From: Alphaproteobacteria bacterium
GTDB lineage: Bacteria > Pseudomonadota > Alphaproteobacteria > UBA6615
NCBI GenBank assembly: GCA_965261975.1
Contig: CBDHEC010000034.1
Coordinates: 1 to 58,797, forward strand
Length of the DNA stretch: 58,797 bases
Direction of reading: 5' to 3'
A program made the position numbers and the translations under genes. Shown in pieces: positions 49,391 to 58,558 of this stretch (positions are counted from its first letter, which is position 1; each line of letters opens with the position of its first letter). Under the pieces are notes generated by a model, which was not told the origin of the DNA, made no database searches, and saw only the letters and a list, made by a program, of their open reading frames with translations.

Positions 49391-49816
49391 TCACGACACC
49401 AGTCTCTGGAGGTTGTCGTGCCCTTCGAACGGGCCAGCCCAGTAACCGTCAAGGAATAGCCTCTTTCCGTTGTCGTCGACTTCTTGGCTTTCCCGAATAT
49501 CGTCAAGGAACTGCTCGAACGACATACCGTCATATGCCGGGTACAGGCCCGTGCGTGCCGCCAGATGATGGAAGAAGCGCTGAATTATCTCTTTCGCAAG
49601 AAAGACGATATTGCCCTGCGAATCACGAACGAAGTCGCTCGTCTCAGCAGGCGACGACGGATCGACGACGGAAACATAAAAGTACTCCACGTTTGTCTGA
49701 CCCGAGCCATCAAAGGTGATCATCCCCTTCAGTCGGTTTGTCGGGTCTGTTCCGGTGAATGTGGTGGTGAAAAGCCCATCTTCAACGGGTGGATATGTCG
49801 TTACCTCTGTTGCCAT
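49391..49816 (-). CDS. Hypothetical protein (island)
   Basis: AAGGAG RBS before ATG 49816 (MATEVTTYPP...); 141 aa, acidic, family not recognised. Confidence 0.7.
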   Translation of the reverse strand: MATEVTTYPPVEDGLFTTTFTGTDPTNRLKGMITFDGSGQTNVEYFYVSVVDPSSPAETSDFVRDSQGNIVFLAKEIIQRFFHHLAARTGLYPAYDGMSFEQFLDDIRESQEVDDNGKRLFLDGYWAGPFEGHDNLQRLVS

Positions 49817-50240
49817 GCCGATACTCCTTCTGACCAATTTTACGATGAGGTCGGCATGTTCAGAAGGAGATCTAGGTACGTTATGATGGTCGCATTGCCA
49901 ACCATGCGGTCGGTGGGACGAAATCATACCTGCTGAGTGGCTGGAAGATGGCATGCCAGACGTTGACTAAATCCGGCAGCGGTTCATCTACTCTGTCTGC
50001 GGCAGGGTCGCCGAGAAGCAGGTGCGGGCACCAAAGTTGGGGATGTCCAACGAGAGTGGGTACCGGGGGACGTGACTTACAGCTTCACGACATGTCAAAG
50101 GATTGACGATAGAGGCTGAGTTGGATAGCCGGTCGGGTTATCGGGGGATTTGAACGTAGCGTACTATGTTTGTGCTGAAAGGGGTTGCGGTTCGTCTATT
50201 TAGGAGAATTTTTGTGCAAGGGTTTAAAATAAAAAAATTA

Positions 50241-50558
50241 TTAATATTTATTTTTTCTGCATTCCTTTGTCATTTTTCTCCTTTTCGCCTCTTTAATAAA
50301 TATTTCTTTTTCTAGAACCCATTCATGTGCAATATTTGTTGATGCAAGGCAGACTTGCTCATCGGAGTAATTTTTCATAAATTTCTGGTCGTCTCGCAAG
50401 GCCTCTTCAAGCGCATAACCGCCAAGTTGTTTGGCCCCCTCTACCAAAGAGGGAATCGGTATGCACCCTGATAACAACGCCATCAGAGTAAGCGTTAGGA
50501 TTATGAAAAAATCCTTACCGGCCAACAACTTACCGGCCAACAAAGGGGGTTCCCTCAT
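50241..50558 (-). CDS. Putative small lipoprotein (island)
   Basis: FFIILTLTLMALLSG|C lipobox, two further Cys (SDEQVC...EAKRRKMTKEC); start ATG 50558 or TTG 50525. Confidence 0.55.
   Translation of the reverse strand: MREPPLLAGKLLAGKDFFIILTLTLMALLSGCIPIPSLVEGAKQLGGYALEEALRDDQKFMKNYSDEQVCLASTNIAHEWVLEKEIFIKEAKRRKMTKECRKNKY
50514..50543 (+). repeat. 15-bp tandem duplication CTTACCGGCCAACAA x2
   Basis: Exact direct repeat at 50514-50528 and 50529-50543. Confidence 0.9.
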
Positions 50559-50907
50559 GAAAAAATTAACCTTTCTTCTCATCGTAGCCTTATCACTAGC
50601 CGCTTGCAGTAAGGGGTCAAGAGAGATAGTTCCAACATACGTGTCGCCAGCACAGTATTCGAACTATGATTGCGATCAGATCCGTCAGGAGATGGTGCGT
50701 ATCAATGGAATCGCTAATCAGATGGCGGGGAAGTTGGACGACAATAAAGAGACGGATAACGCAGTAACGGCAGCGGGCATTATTCTTTTCTGGCCTGCGC
50801 TTTTTTTCTTGGGTGGAACTTCTGACGAAGAAGCAGAATATGCTCGCTTGCGGGGTGAGTATAATGCCTTGGAGCAAGCTGCTGTTCAGAAGAAGTGTTC
50901 CTCTTAA
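50557..50907 (+). CDS. Small lipoprotein (island)
   Basis: AGGGGG RBS, MKKLTFLLIVALSLAA|C lipobox, YVSPAQYSNYDC, internal hydrophobic AAGIILFWPALFFLGG, C-terminal Cys. Confidence 0.85.
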   Translation: MKKLTFLLIVALSLAACSKGSREIVPTYVSPAQYSNYDCDQIRQEMVRINGIANQMAGKLDDNKETDNAVTAAGIILFWPALFFLGGTSDEEAEYARLRGEYNALEQAAVQKKCSS

Positions 50908-51075
50908 TTTGGGATTGTAAATGGGCCTCATCTGCCAGACGTACTGCGGAGAGGCCCACCAGTCTCTATAATTCTGAAAGTCCTTGAGGTTCTGGAAAGC
51001 GTTTTTCTGCTGAGCGGCTGGGGAAACTGCCCTGCATGAACGACAATAACCCTGTATCGATCAGGAGATTTGTCG

Positions 51076-51516
51076 ATGTCGCTAAACGAGAAACAAACAC
51101 GCTTTGCCCACGCCTATGTCGCTTGTGGCGGTAACGGCCGTGCCGCAGCCATACAGGCCGGGTACAGCCCCAGCAGCGCCGCCAAACGTGCCTGTGACCT
51201 GCTCAAGAATACTGACGTGCAGGTCATCGTTCAGGGGCACCGTGACGCCATTCTGACGGTGACCGAGGACTTCGATGTCGTTGCTGAACTGAAGGACTTG
51301 TATCGTCGTGCAATCGCGTCAGGTGCGTTGGCGGTCGCGCATAATTCGCTGGCAACTCTGGGCAGGCTCGAAAATTTGGAACCCGTCCGGCGTTTCGAGG
51401 TGAGAAATCTAGATCCCGAGGAAATGGATCGGCAGATCACCCACTATCTTGATGTGATTGGCACCGACCAAAAGGAAAGGCCCCCGGAGACAATGCCTCG
51501 CGGGAGCCTGAATTAG
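51076..51516 (+). CDS. Phage terminase small subunit-like protein
   Basis: LNEKQTRFAHAYV..GNGRAAAIQAGYS..SA..RACDLLKN.DV HTH signature of TerS; AGGAG RBS. Confidence 0.85.
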   Translation: MSLNEKQTRFAHAYVACGGNGRAAAIQAGYSPSSAAKRACDLLKNTDVQVIVQGHRDAILTVTEDFDVVAELKDLYRRAIASGALAVAHNSLATLGRLENLEPVRRFEVRNLDPEEMDRQITHYLDVIGTDQKERPPETMPRGSLN

Positions 51517-51689
51517 CTGTCATATCGCGCGGCCAAAGGAGAAAACCGCCATATTGTGACGGGGTTTTTCGACTGCGGCACTCACCGTCTAATCCGCATC
51601 CACCCACCCGCATCTGTGGCCCCGGTGGCAGGGTCATTATCGTTTAGCGTCTAAATCTAAAGACGGAATCGAGCATGAGTGTGACGCGG

Positions 51690-52664
51690 TCAGGCCAACT
51701 TCCGGGCAAGGTCCTCGGGTCTTAGTTGGACGTACCGCTGCAGCATTCTGAGGTCCTTGTGACCTGTGATCGCTGCTACCTCCATTACGCCGAGACCCTT
51801 CTCGAAGAACCGTGTTGTTGCTTCATGTCTGAGGTCATGGAAACGAAGGTCTGTGATGTCGGCCCTGCCGGTTGCTCTGTTCCACAGGCCCTTTAGTGCC
51901 TCGGGGTGGACCGGTATGACGACACCACTCAGGCTTCTTGGTAGCGCCTCGATGGTTTGTCGCGCCTTTGGCGACAGCGGCACGTCCCTGCTGTCACCAT
52001 TCTTGGTCTGGGGTAGATGGACGTAACTTTTGTTGAGCTGGACATGCTCCCAGCGAAGACCGAGCAGCTCACCTCTGCGCATAGCTGTTTCGATTGCGAG
52101 GATAACCAACGGCTGAAGATAGGGGTTCGATGATGCCTGACACGACATCATCAGCCGCCCTTCTTCGCCTTCCTCCAGCCGTCGGGTTCGACCCTTTGGC
52201 TGTGTCGGTTTCCGGAGGTTGGCTGCTGGATTACCGGGAAGGTTAAAGCCCCACTCCGACATCGCAATACGAATGGCGTGGCTGATGATCGAGAGGTCTC
52301 GGTTACAGGCGGATGCTCCAACCTGCCGCAGTCTTTCGTCCCGATACTGTGCGAGATGACCCGAGGTCAGCTTTGACAGCCAAATACTAGATAGCCATGA
52401 ACGACGAAGCCGATCGACGACATAGGCCTCGACATAAGCGGATCGCTTGGTCGGCGTGATTTCTTGGCCGTACCTTCTGAGAAGGTCACCAACTGTGCAG
52501 TCGTTGGTGATCAGATGGCCGAGATCAATCTGACGTTCCACCTCAGATGCCCATCGTCGGGCATCACCGGCGCGATCGAATGTCTTAGTCTGAAGAGGTG
52601 TACCCCGACGTCTTACTCGAGCGGTGTACCGACCGTTTCTTTTTGTAATTGATGCCAATTCCAT
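51690..52664 (-). CDS. int: Tyrosine recombinase / integrase
   Basis: ETAMRRGELL (R), TKNG (K), FHDLRH (HxxR), GHKD..ML.RY (H, Y); N-terminal arm-binding-like ASITKRNGRYTARVRR; AGGAG RBS. Confidence 0.95.
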   Translation of the reverse strand: MELASITKRNGRYTARVRRRGTPLQTKTFDRAGDARRWASEVERQIDLGHLITNDCTVGDLLRRYGQEITPTKRSAYVEAYVVDRLRRSWLSSIWLSKLTSGHLAQYRDERLRQVGASACNRDLSIISHAIRIAMSEWGFNLPGNPAANLRKPTQPKGRTRRLEEGEEGRLMMSCQASSNPYLQPLVILAIETAMRRGELLGLRWEHVQLNKSYVHLPQTKNGDSRDVPLSPKARQTIEALPRSLSGVVIPVHPEALKGLWNRATGRADITDLRFHDLRHEATTRFFEKGLGVMEVAAITGHKDLRMLQRYVQLRPEDLARKLA

Positions 52665-52669
52665 CTCCT

Positions 52670-52690
52670 GTGGTACAGGAGTGGAACAAG
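52670..52690 (+). repeat. Putative integrase arm-type sites, right arm
   Basis: GTGGTACAGG (52670-52679) and GTGGAACAAG (52681-52690); same 11-bp period as the left-arm pair. Confidence 0.7.
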
Positions 52691-52791
52691 ACGAGGCCTA
52701 GGAGTTTTCCTTATCTCTTCACCCTCGGTAGAAAACTGAAAATAAACAGTTTTCTTCAGGGTAAGACGATCTTTTGTCAGACACACTTAAG

Positions 52792-52837
52792 GTTCGGGAC
52801 GTAGGGGCCGGAGGTTCGAATCCTCTCTTCCCGACCA
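52792..52837 (+). repeat. att core (integrase-side copy; 3' part of tRNA-Pro)
   Basis: 46-bp exact copy of 47361-47406, starting at the anticodon loop; no 5' tRNA half. Confidence 0.95.
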
Positions 52838-52882
52838 ATTTTCTTCACATGATCAATGATCGTCGATGGCCGTTCGCCGCGC

Positions 52883-54517
52883 CTAGAGGCGCGCCGCCGG
52901 CGGCGGGGCGTTGCCGAGGATCATGTCCGCGCCTTTCTCGGCGATCATCATGGTGGCCGCGTTGGTGTTGGCCGAGGGCATGGTCGGCATGACCGAGGCG
53001 TCGACCACGCGCAGCCCCTCGAGGCCGTGGACCTTGAGTTCGTCGCTGACCACATTGTCGCGGTCGGCCGCACCCATGCGGCAGGTGCCGACCAGGTGGA
53101 ACACGGTGGTGCCGTAGCGGCGCGCGAAGTCGAGCAGCTCGTCGTCGGTCTGGAGGTCGGCGCCGGGGACGATCTCGTGCTCGTAATACTGCGCGAGCTC
53201 GGGCGCGGTTAGCAGTTGCCGGTCGAGGCGCAGGCCGGCCACGGTGACCTGGCGGTCGGTTTCGTGATCGAGATAGTTGGGCTGGATGATCGGCTTGTCG
53301 GCCATGTCCGCCGAGCGTGCGCGGATGAAGCCCCGGCTGAGGGGGCGGAGCGCGAAGGTGGCGGCCGTCATGCCCGGCTCGTCCTCGAGCTTCGCGATCT
53401 TCCCCGCTTCGTAGGTGGCCGGGGTGAAGATCAGCTGCATGTCGGGCTGTTCCATGGCCGGGTGGGACTTCCAGAACACGAAGACCTGGCTGGGTGACAT
53501 GGCCAGCAGTCCCTTGCGGCGAAGGGCGTAATTCGCGACCTCCTTCACCAGGGACAGGCCGCGGGCGCGCTCGTTGATGGTGCGCGCGTTCTTCACCCGG
53601 GCGGTCATGCGGGCCAGATAATGGTCCGACAGGTTCTCGCCGACGCCGGGCAGGTCGTGGACGACCTCGACCCCGAGATCCTTTAGCAACGCCGCCGGGC
53701 CGACGCCGGAGATCTGGAGTAGTTGGGGCGAGCCGACCGAGCCGCTGGCGAGGATGACCTCGCGCCGCGCGCGGATTTCGATCTCGCGGCCGCCTTTCCT
53801 GTAGCGGATGCCGACGGCGCGCTTGCCCTCGAACAATATACGCCGGGTGTGGGCGTCGGTGCGGATGTCGAGGTTGGGGCGGTGGCGCACGGGATGCAGG
53901 AAGGCGCGGTAGGCGCTGACCCGGCGGCCCTTCTCGATGACCCGCTGGAAGTAACCGACCCCGGCCTGGGTGGCGCCGTTGTAATCGTCGTTGCGGGGAA
54001 TGCCGATGCCCACCGCGCCGTCGATGAAGGCCTCGCAGATGGGTTCGGGCCCATCGATGTCGGTGACCGGGAGTTCGCCGTCCCGGCCATGGAATTCCGT
54101 ATCGTCTCCGTTTTCTTCCGGGCCGCCGATGCGGCGCTCGCTGCGCCTGAAATAGGGCAGGATGTCGGCATAGCCCCAGCCGCGGTTACCCTCCTGTGCC
54201 CAGCTGTCATAGTCCATCCGCTGGCCGCGGTTGTAGATATGGCCGTTGATCGAGCTGGAGCCGCCCAGCGTCTTGCCGCGCGGCACATAGACCGGCCGCC
54301 CGGCCGTGCCTTCGCTGGGTTCGGACTCGAACAGCCAGTTGATCTTCGGGTTGGCCAGGGTGCGGGTGAAGCCGGCCGGAATATGGATCCACGGGTTGCG
54401 GTCGGGCGGCCCGGCGTCGAGCACGCACACGGTTGCGTCCCCCGCCGAGAGCCGGTTGGCGAGGATGGAGCCGGCGGAACCGGCCCCGACGATGATGTAG
54501 TCGAATTCATCCGCCAT
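52883..54517 (-). CDS. GMC family oxidoreductase
   Basis: GAGSAG, RGKTLGGSSSING, PQLLQISGVG, FHLVGTCRMG, ANTNAATMMIAEK. Confidence 0.93.
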   Translation of the reverse strand: MADEFDYIIVGAGSAGSILANRLSAGDATVCVLDAGPPDRNPWIHIPAGFTRTLANPKINWLFESEPSEGTAGRPVYVPRGKTLGGSSSINGHIYNRGQRMDYDSWAQEGNRGWGYADILPYFRRSERRIGGPEENGDDTEFHGRDGELPVTDIDGPEPICEAFIDGAVGIGIPRNDDYNGATQAGVGYFQRVIEKGRRVSAYRAFLHPVRHRPNLDIRTDAHTRRILFEGKRAVGIRYRKGGREIEIRARREVILASGSVGSPQLLQISGVGPAALLKDLGVEVVHDLPGVGENLSDHYLARMTARVKNARTINERARGLSLVKEVANYALRRKGLLAMSPSQVFVFWKSHPAMEQPDMQLIFTPATYEAGKIAKLEDEPGMTAATFALRPLSRGFIRARSADMADKPIIQPNYLDHETDRQVTVAGLRLDRQLLTAPELAQYYEHEIVPGADLQTDDELLDFARRYGTTVFHLVGTCRMGAADRDNVVSDELKVHGLEGLRVVDASVMPTMPSANTNAATMMIAEKGADMILGNAPPPAARL

Positions 54518-54534
54518 CGTGCCAAAGCCCCGAT

Positions 54535-55512
54535 CTAGAATTGTGCGACTTGTGGCGAATGCCCGCCCCGGGCACCGCCCTTGGCGACACCGGGCGGGAA
54601 GGCGGCGTCGATCCGGGCCACCTGATCGGCGGAGAGCGTGATATCGGCCGCGCCGAGATTTTCCCGCAGATGTGCGAGCCGGCGCGACCCCGGGATCGGG
54701 ATCACGTCGTCGCCCTTGGCCATGAGCCAGGCGAGGGAAAGCTGGCCGGGGGTCGCGTCAATTTCGGCCGCCATGGCGGTGAGTTCATCGAGGAGCGCGA
54801 GATTGTGGTCGAAAGCATCCTCCTGAAAACGCTGGTTGCTGAGCCGCCAGTTGTCACCCTCGGGCACGTCCGCGCGGCTTCGCATGCCGCCGCCGAAGAA
54901 TGCATAGGACAGCGGGCCATATGCCACGAAGGCGATGCCGAGCTCGCGGCATACGGGGATCAGGTCCACCTCCGGCTCGCGGGTGAACAGGGAATATTCG
55001 GTCTGCAGGGCCGCCATGGGGTGGGTGGCATGGGCGCGGCGCAGCTCGTCGGCGGTCGCGTTGCAGATCGCGAGGTGGCGCACCTTGCCGGCGGCGACGA
55101 GATCGGCCATCGCGCCGATGCTGTCCTCCAGCGGCATGTCCCTGGGGACCTGGTGCAGATAGTAGAGATCGATCACGTCGGTGTTGAGCCGCGCGAGGCT
55201 CTCGTCGCATTCGCGTTTGACGGTGGCCGGGCTGGCGTCGATGACAACCTTGCCGCTACTGCCGACATGGATGCCGCATTTGCTGGCGAGCACGACATCG
55301 CGGCGCCGGTCCCCCAGCATGGCACCGAAGAAGGATTCGCTGCGCCCCATGCCGTAGATCGCCGCACTGTCGATGAAGTTGAGGCCGCGGTCGATCGCCT
55401 CATTGACCGTGGCGACCCATTCAGCCTCGTTCGGGTCGAGCAGCCGGTTGGCCCCGAGGCCCAGCTGGGAGACCGACAGGCCGGATTGGCCGAGGGGGAC
55501 TTGCTTCAGCAT
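54535..55512 (-). CDS. Aldo/keto reductase
   Basis: LGQSGLSVSQLGLG, DSAAIYG (D, Y), LASKCG (K), IDLYYLH (H), PIPGS; AAGGA RBS. Confidence 0.92.
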   Translation of the reverse strand: MLKQVPLGQSGLSVSQLGLGANRLLDPNEAEWVATVNEAIDRGLNFIDSAAIYGMGRSESFFGAMLGDRRRDVVLASKCGIHVGSSGKVVIDASPATVKRECDESLARLNTDVIDLYYLHQVPRDMPLEDSIGAMADLVAAGKVRHLAICNATADELRRAHATHPMAALQTEYSLFTREPEVDLIPVCRELGIAFVAYGPLSYAFFGGGMRSRADVPEGDNWRLSNQRFQEDAFDHNLALLDELTAMAAEIDATPGQLSLAWLMAKGDDVIPIPGSRRLAHLRENLGAADITLSADQVARIDAAFPPGVAKGGARGGHSPQVAQF

Positions 55513-55638
55513 GATGGGGTCCTTCATGGCATCGTCTGGAAGGGCGTCAAACCCGCACGGCCAGCGTACGACAGGTTTCGCCGACGTGGTAGTTTCGCCG
55601 GCGCGTAATGTTTTCCCCATCTCTGGAAACCGACAGCC

Positions 55639-56742
55639 ATGACCCAGGACAATTCCAAGCTCAAGATTGCCGTGTTTGCCAGGGACGGCATCGGCCCGGA
55701 GGTGACCGCGCCCTGTGTCGAGTTGCTGGCTGAGCTGTGTGACACGCTGGGCGGGCCGGCCCTTGAGTTCGAGGCGCTCGCGGCGGGGGCCGGGCATTAT
55801 CAGGAAACAGGTGAGGCGCTGCCGCAGGCCTCCCTCGACCGGGCGGCCGAAGCCGATGCGATCCTGCTGGGGGCGATGGGCGACCCCGACGTGCGCTATC
55901 CCGACGGCACCGAGATCGTGCCGCAGATCGATCTGCGTGACTATTTCGAGCTCTATGCCGGGGTGCGGCCCGTCACGACCCGGCCGGGGATGCCCGTGCC
56001 GCTGGCCGACCCGCGCGCACATGAACTGGATTTCGTGATCATCCGGGAATCCACCGAGGGCCTGTTCGCCCATCGCGGCGAGGCCGAGGACACGGACGAC
56101 AGCTCCACCGACCGGCTGACCATCACGCGGGCGGCGTGCGAGCGGCTGTTTGATTTTTCCTTCGAGCTCGCACGATCACGCAAGGCCCGAGGCGGGCCGG
56201 GCATCGTGACCTGCGTCGACAAGGCGAATGTGCTGCAGTCCATGGGGTTCTTCCGGCGCATGTTCGACGAACGCGCGGCGGCCTTTCCGGATATCGAGCG
56301 GCGCTACATGTATGTGGATGCGGCCGCACTCGCGCTGGTCAAGCAGCCCTGGGTGTTCGACGTGATGGTGATGGAGAATTTACTGGGCGACATCCTGTCG
56401 GACCTGGGTGCGGGCCTGATGGGCGGGCTGGGCATGGCGCCGTCGGCGGATATCGGCCCCGGTCACGCGGTGTTCCAGCCCTGCCACGGCACCGCGCCCG
56501 ATATCGCCGGGCAAGGCAAGGCCAACCCGACGGCGATGTTCCTGTCGGGCGCGATGATGCTCGACTGGCTGGGCGAGCGGCAGGAGTCGCCCGAACTGCG
56601 ACAGGGTGCGGGAATTTTCCGGGGCGCCGTCGATGCGGCTTTCCGCGACGGCACGCTGCAGCCGACCGAGCTGGGCGGCAGTGACGGGCTGGCCGAGATT
56701 ACCGCCCGGGTGCGCGCCGAAATGCAGGCGGGCCTGCGCTAG
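55639..56742 (+). CDS. Isocitrate/isopropylmalate/tartrate dehydrogenase family protein
   Basis: [45 protein letters not shown]. Confidence 0.92.
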   Translation: MTQDNSKLKIAVFARDGIGPEVTAPCVELLAELCDTLGGPALEFEALAAGAGHYQETGEALPQASLDRAAEADAILLGAMGDPDVRYPDGTEIVPQIDLRDYFELYAGVRPVTTRPGMPVPLADPRAHELDFVIIRESTEGLFAHRGEAEDTDDSSTDRLTITRAACERLFDFSFELARSRKARGGPGIVTCVDKANVLQSMGFFRRMFDERAAAFPDIERRYMYVDAAALALVKQPWVFDVMVMENLLGDILSDLGAGLMGGLGMAPSADIGPGHAVFQPCHGTAPDIAGQGKANPTAMFLSGAMMLDWLGERQESPELRQGAGIFRGAVDAAFRDGTLQPTELGGSDGLAEITARVRAEMQAGLR

Positions 56743-58436
56743 GCGTCGAGCAGGACGTTGAGCAACGCCGGGCGGCCCTCCGCGATCGCCGCGAAGGCCT
56801 GCTCCAACACGCCGGGCAACTCGGCCGGGGCCTCGACCTTTGCGCCGAATGCGCCGAAGGGTTTCGCGAGTTCCGCATAGTCGAACTCGGTGATCGGGTG
56901 GCCCATCCATAAATCGTTCCGGGCCGCCACGCCATCGGGGTAATAGCTCTCCTGGTCCTTCCGCATCGCGTTGTAGCCGTGATTGTTGAACACGATGGTG
57001 AGGGTTGCGAGATTATGCTCGCGGGCGAATGCGAGCGCCTGGACGGCCGGGTTGTAGAGGAAAGTGCCGTCGCCCAGCGTGTTGACCACGGCGCGTTCGG
57101 GTGCGGCCAGGGCGGCGCCGAGCGAGACCCCCATGGACTGCCCCAGCCCGCCATTGACCCGGAAATAGCTGTGCGCGGCCCCGGTGCGCAGGTGGCGCAG
57201 GATGGCCGGGCGGTGGGTGATGCATTCATCGACGAAAATGGCGTCGGCGGGGGCGGCGGCACGGATCGAGGCGGCGAGCAATGCCGGCGAGATCGTGTCG
57301 CGCCCTGCGGCCTCGTCCTCGTTCGCCCTTATTTCTGCGCGGCGTGTCTCGGAGGCTTCGGTCCATGTCGCGCGGCGCGCCGCGACGGCATCGGAGTCCG
57401 GGCCGGCGGCGCGCACGGCGGCGGCGAGGAGTTCGAGGTTCGCGGTGATCGTACCCTCGAGGAAACGCTCGGCCTCGTTGGGCTGGTAGACCATGTGATC
57501 GCGGAACGGGGTGTCGTCGATGGCGACGATGCGCGCCTTGGCCGGCGTTTTCGCCAGCGGATACCAGGGCTGGCGGCAGCCGATGGTGAGGATCAGGTCC
57601 GCCTCGTCGACGAGCGGCGGGCGGCCCGGCCCCTGATAGAGCGGGTGGTCGGTCGGGAAGTTCGCGTAGAGCGCGAACAGCCCTTCGACCACGGGGATCG
57701 CGAAGAGCTCGGCGAGTTCGAGCAGTGCCGCGTGGCCGGCCGGGTCGCGCCCGGCTTCCTCGGTGATGATCGCGGGGTTCTTCGCGGCGAGCAGCATCTG
57801 GGCGACGGCGTCGATGTCGTCGGCGGTGGCCGTGAGCACCGGCGGCGGCGGCGGGTCGCGCAGTTCGTCGGGCGGGGTCCAGGGCTGCGTCATCACCTCG
57901 ATGGGGACGGACATATAGACCGGCGCGCGCGGCGTGCGCTGGGCGAGTTCGCCGGCGCTGACGATCTGCTGGTGCACGACCGAGACATTGCCGGCCTGTT
58001 GCGACCATTTGACCAGCGGCTCCATCAGCCGCGGGTTGCTGCCGACCTGGTTCAGGAGCGCCTGCCACTGGAAGCCGGGGTTGAAGTCGGGATCCTCGCC
58101 GAAGCTGAGGGATTCGCCCGACAGGACGACCATCGGGATGGCGCCGCGCAGCGCGCCCTCGACGCCGAGTGCGCCCTGCAGCAGGCCGACGCCGGCGTGG
58201 AGCATCACCGCCTGCATGCGGCCCGTGATCGAGGTGTAGCCGACCGCCAGATTGACCGCGAGGGTCTCGTGGGCACAGGTGAGGTAGGTGGGGCCGGGTT
58301 CGTTGGAAAGCTTCTGCTGGGCCATCGCCTCCCAGACCGGACCCCATTCGGAGCCCGGGGAGGACATCACATAGTCGATGCCGAGCGCGCGGAAGGCCTG
58401 GAGGACGGCATCGCCGCCGTCGGGTGAGTTTTTCAT
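56739..58436 (-). CDS. Thiamine pyrophosphate-dependent enzyme (acetolactate synthase/decarboxylase-like)
   Basis: SSPGSE, HETLAV catalytic Glu, GDGTFLY...VFNNHGY TPP-binding motif. Confidence 0.9.
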   Translation of the reverse strand: MKNSPDGGDAVLQAFRALGIDYVMSSPGSEWGPVWEAMAQQKLSNEPGPTYLTCAHETLAVNLAVGYTSITGRMQAVMLHAGVGLLQGALGVEGALRGAIPMVVLSGESLSFGEDPDFNPGFQWQALLNQVGSNPRLMEPLVKWSQQAGNVSVVHQQIVSAGELAQRTPRAPVYMSVPIEVMTQPWTPPDELRDPPPPPVLTATADDIDAVAQMLLAAKNPAIITEEAGRDPAGHAALLELAELFAIPVVEGLFALYANFPTDHPLYQGPGRPPLVDEADLILTIGCRQPWYPLAKTPAKARIVAIDDTPFRDHMVYQPNEAERFLEGTITANLELLAAAVRAAGPDSDAVAARRATWTEASETRRAEIRANEDEAAGRDTISPALLAASIRAAAPADAIFVDECITHRPAILRHLRTGAAHSYFRVNGGLGQSMGVSLGAALAAPERAVVNTLGDGTFLYNPAVQALAFAREHNLATLTIVFNNHGYNAMRKDQESYYPDGVAARNDLWMGHPITEFDYAELAKPFGAFGAKVEAPAELPGVLEQAFAAIAEGRPALLNVLLDA

Positions 58437-58558
58437 CGCATGTACTTCCCTGATGAGACCGGCAGCCCGATTGGTTCCCCGGCACCTGTTCGCTGCATCG
58501 TGGTGCAATGGACGGGGACAGGCAACCGTCCGGGACGGGCAAAAATGTCGGGCGGCTA

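Larger units (their letters stand above)
47361..52837. mobile_element. tRNA-Pro-integrated island, candidate minimal phage satellite
   Basis: Identical 46-bp direct repeats at both ends, tyrosine integrase, terminase small subunit, visibly lower GC than flanks. Confidence 0.92.

Noticed and set aside
52792-52837. Second tRNA-Pro gene
   Set aside because: Only the 3' 46 nt are present, with no D arm or 5' acceptor strand; it is the att duplication.
45662-54517. Two convergent GMC oxidoreductases flanking the island as an inverted duplication
   Set aside because: They are clearly divergent paralogues and lie outside the att repeats.
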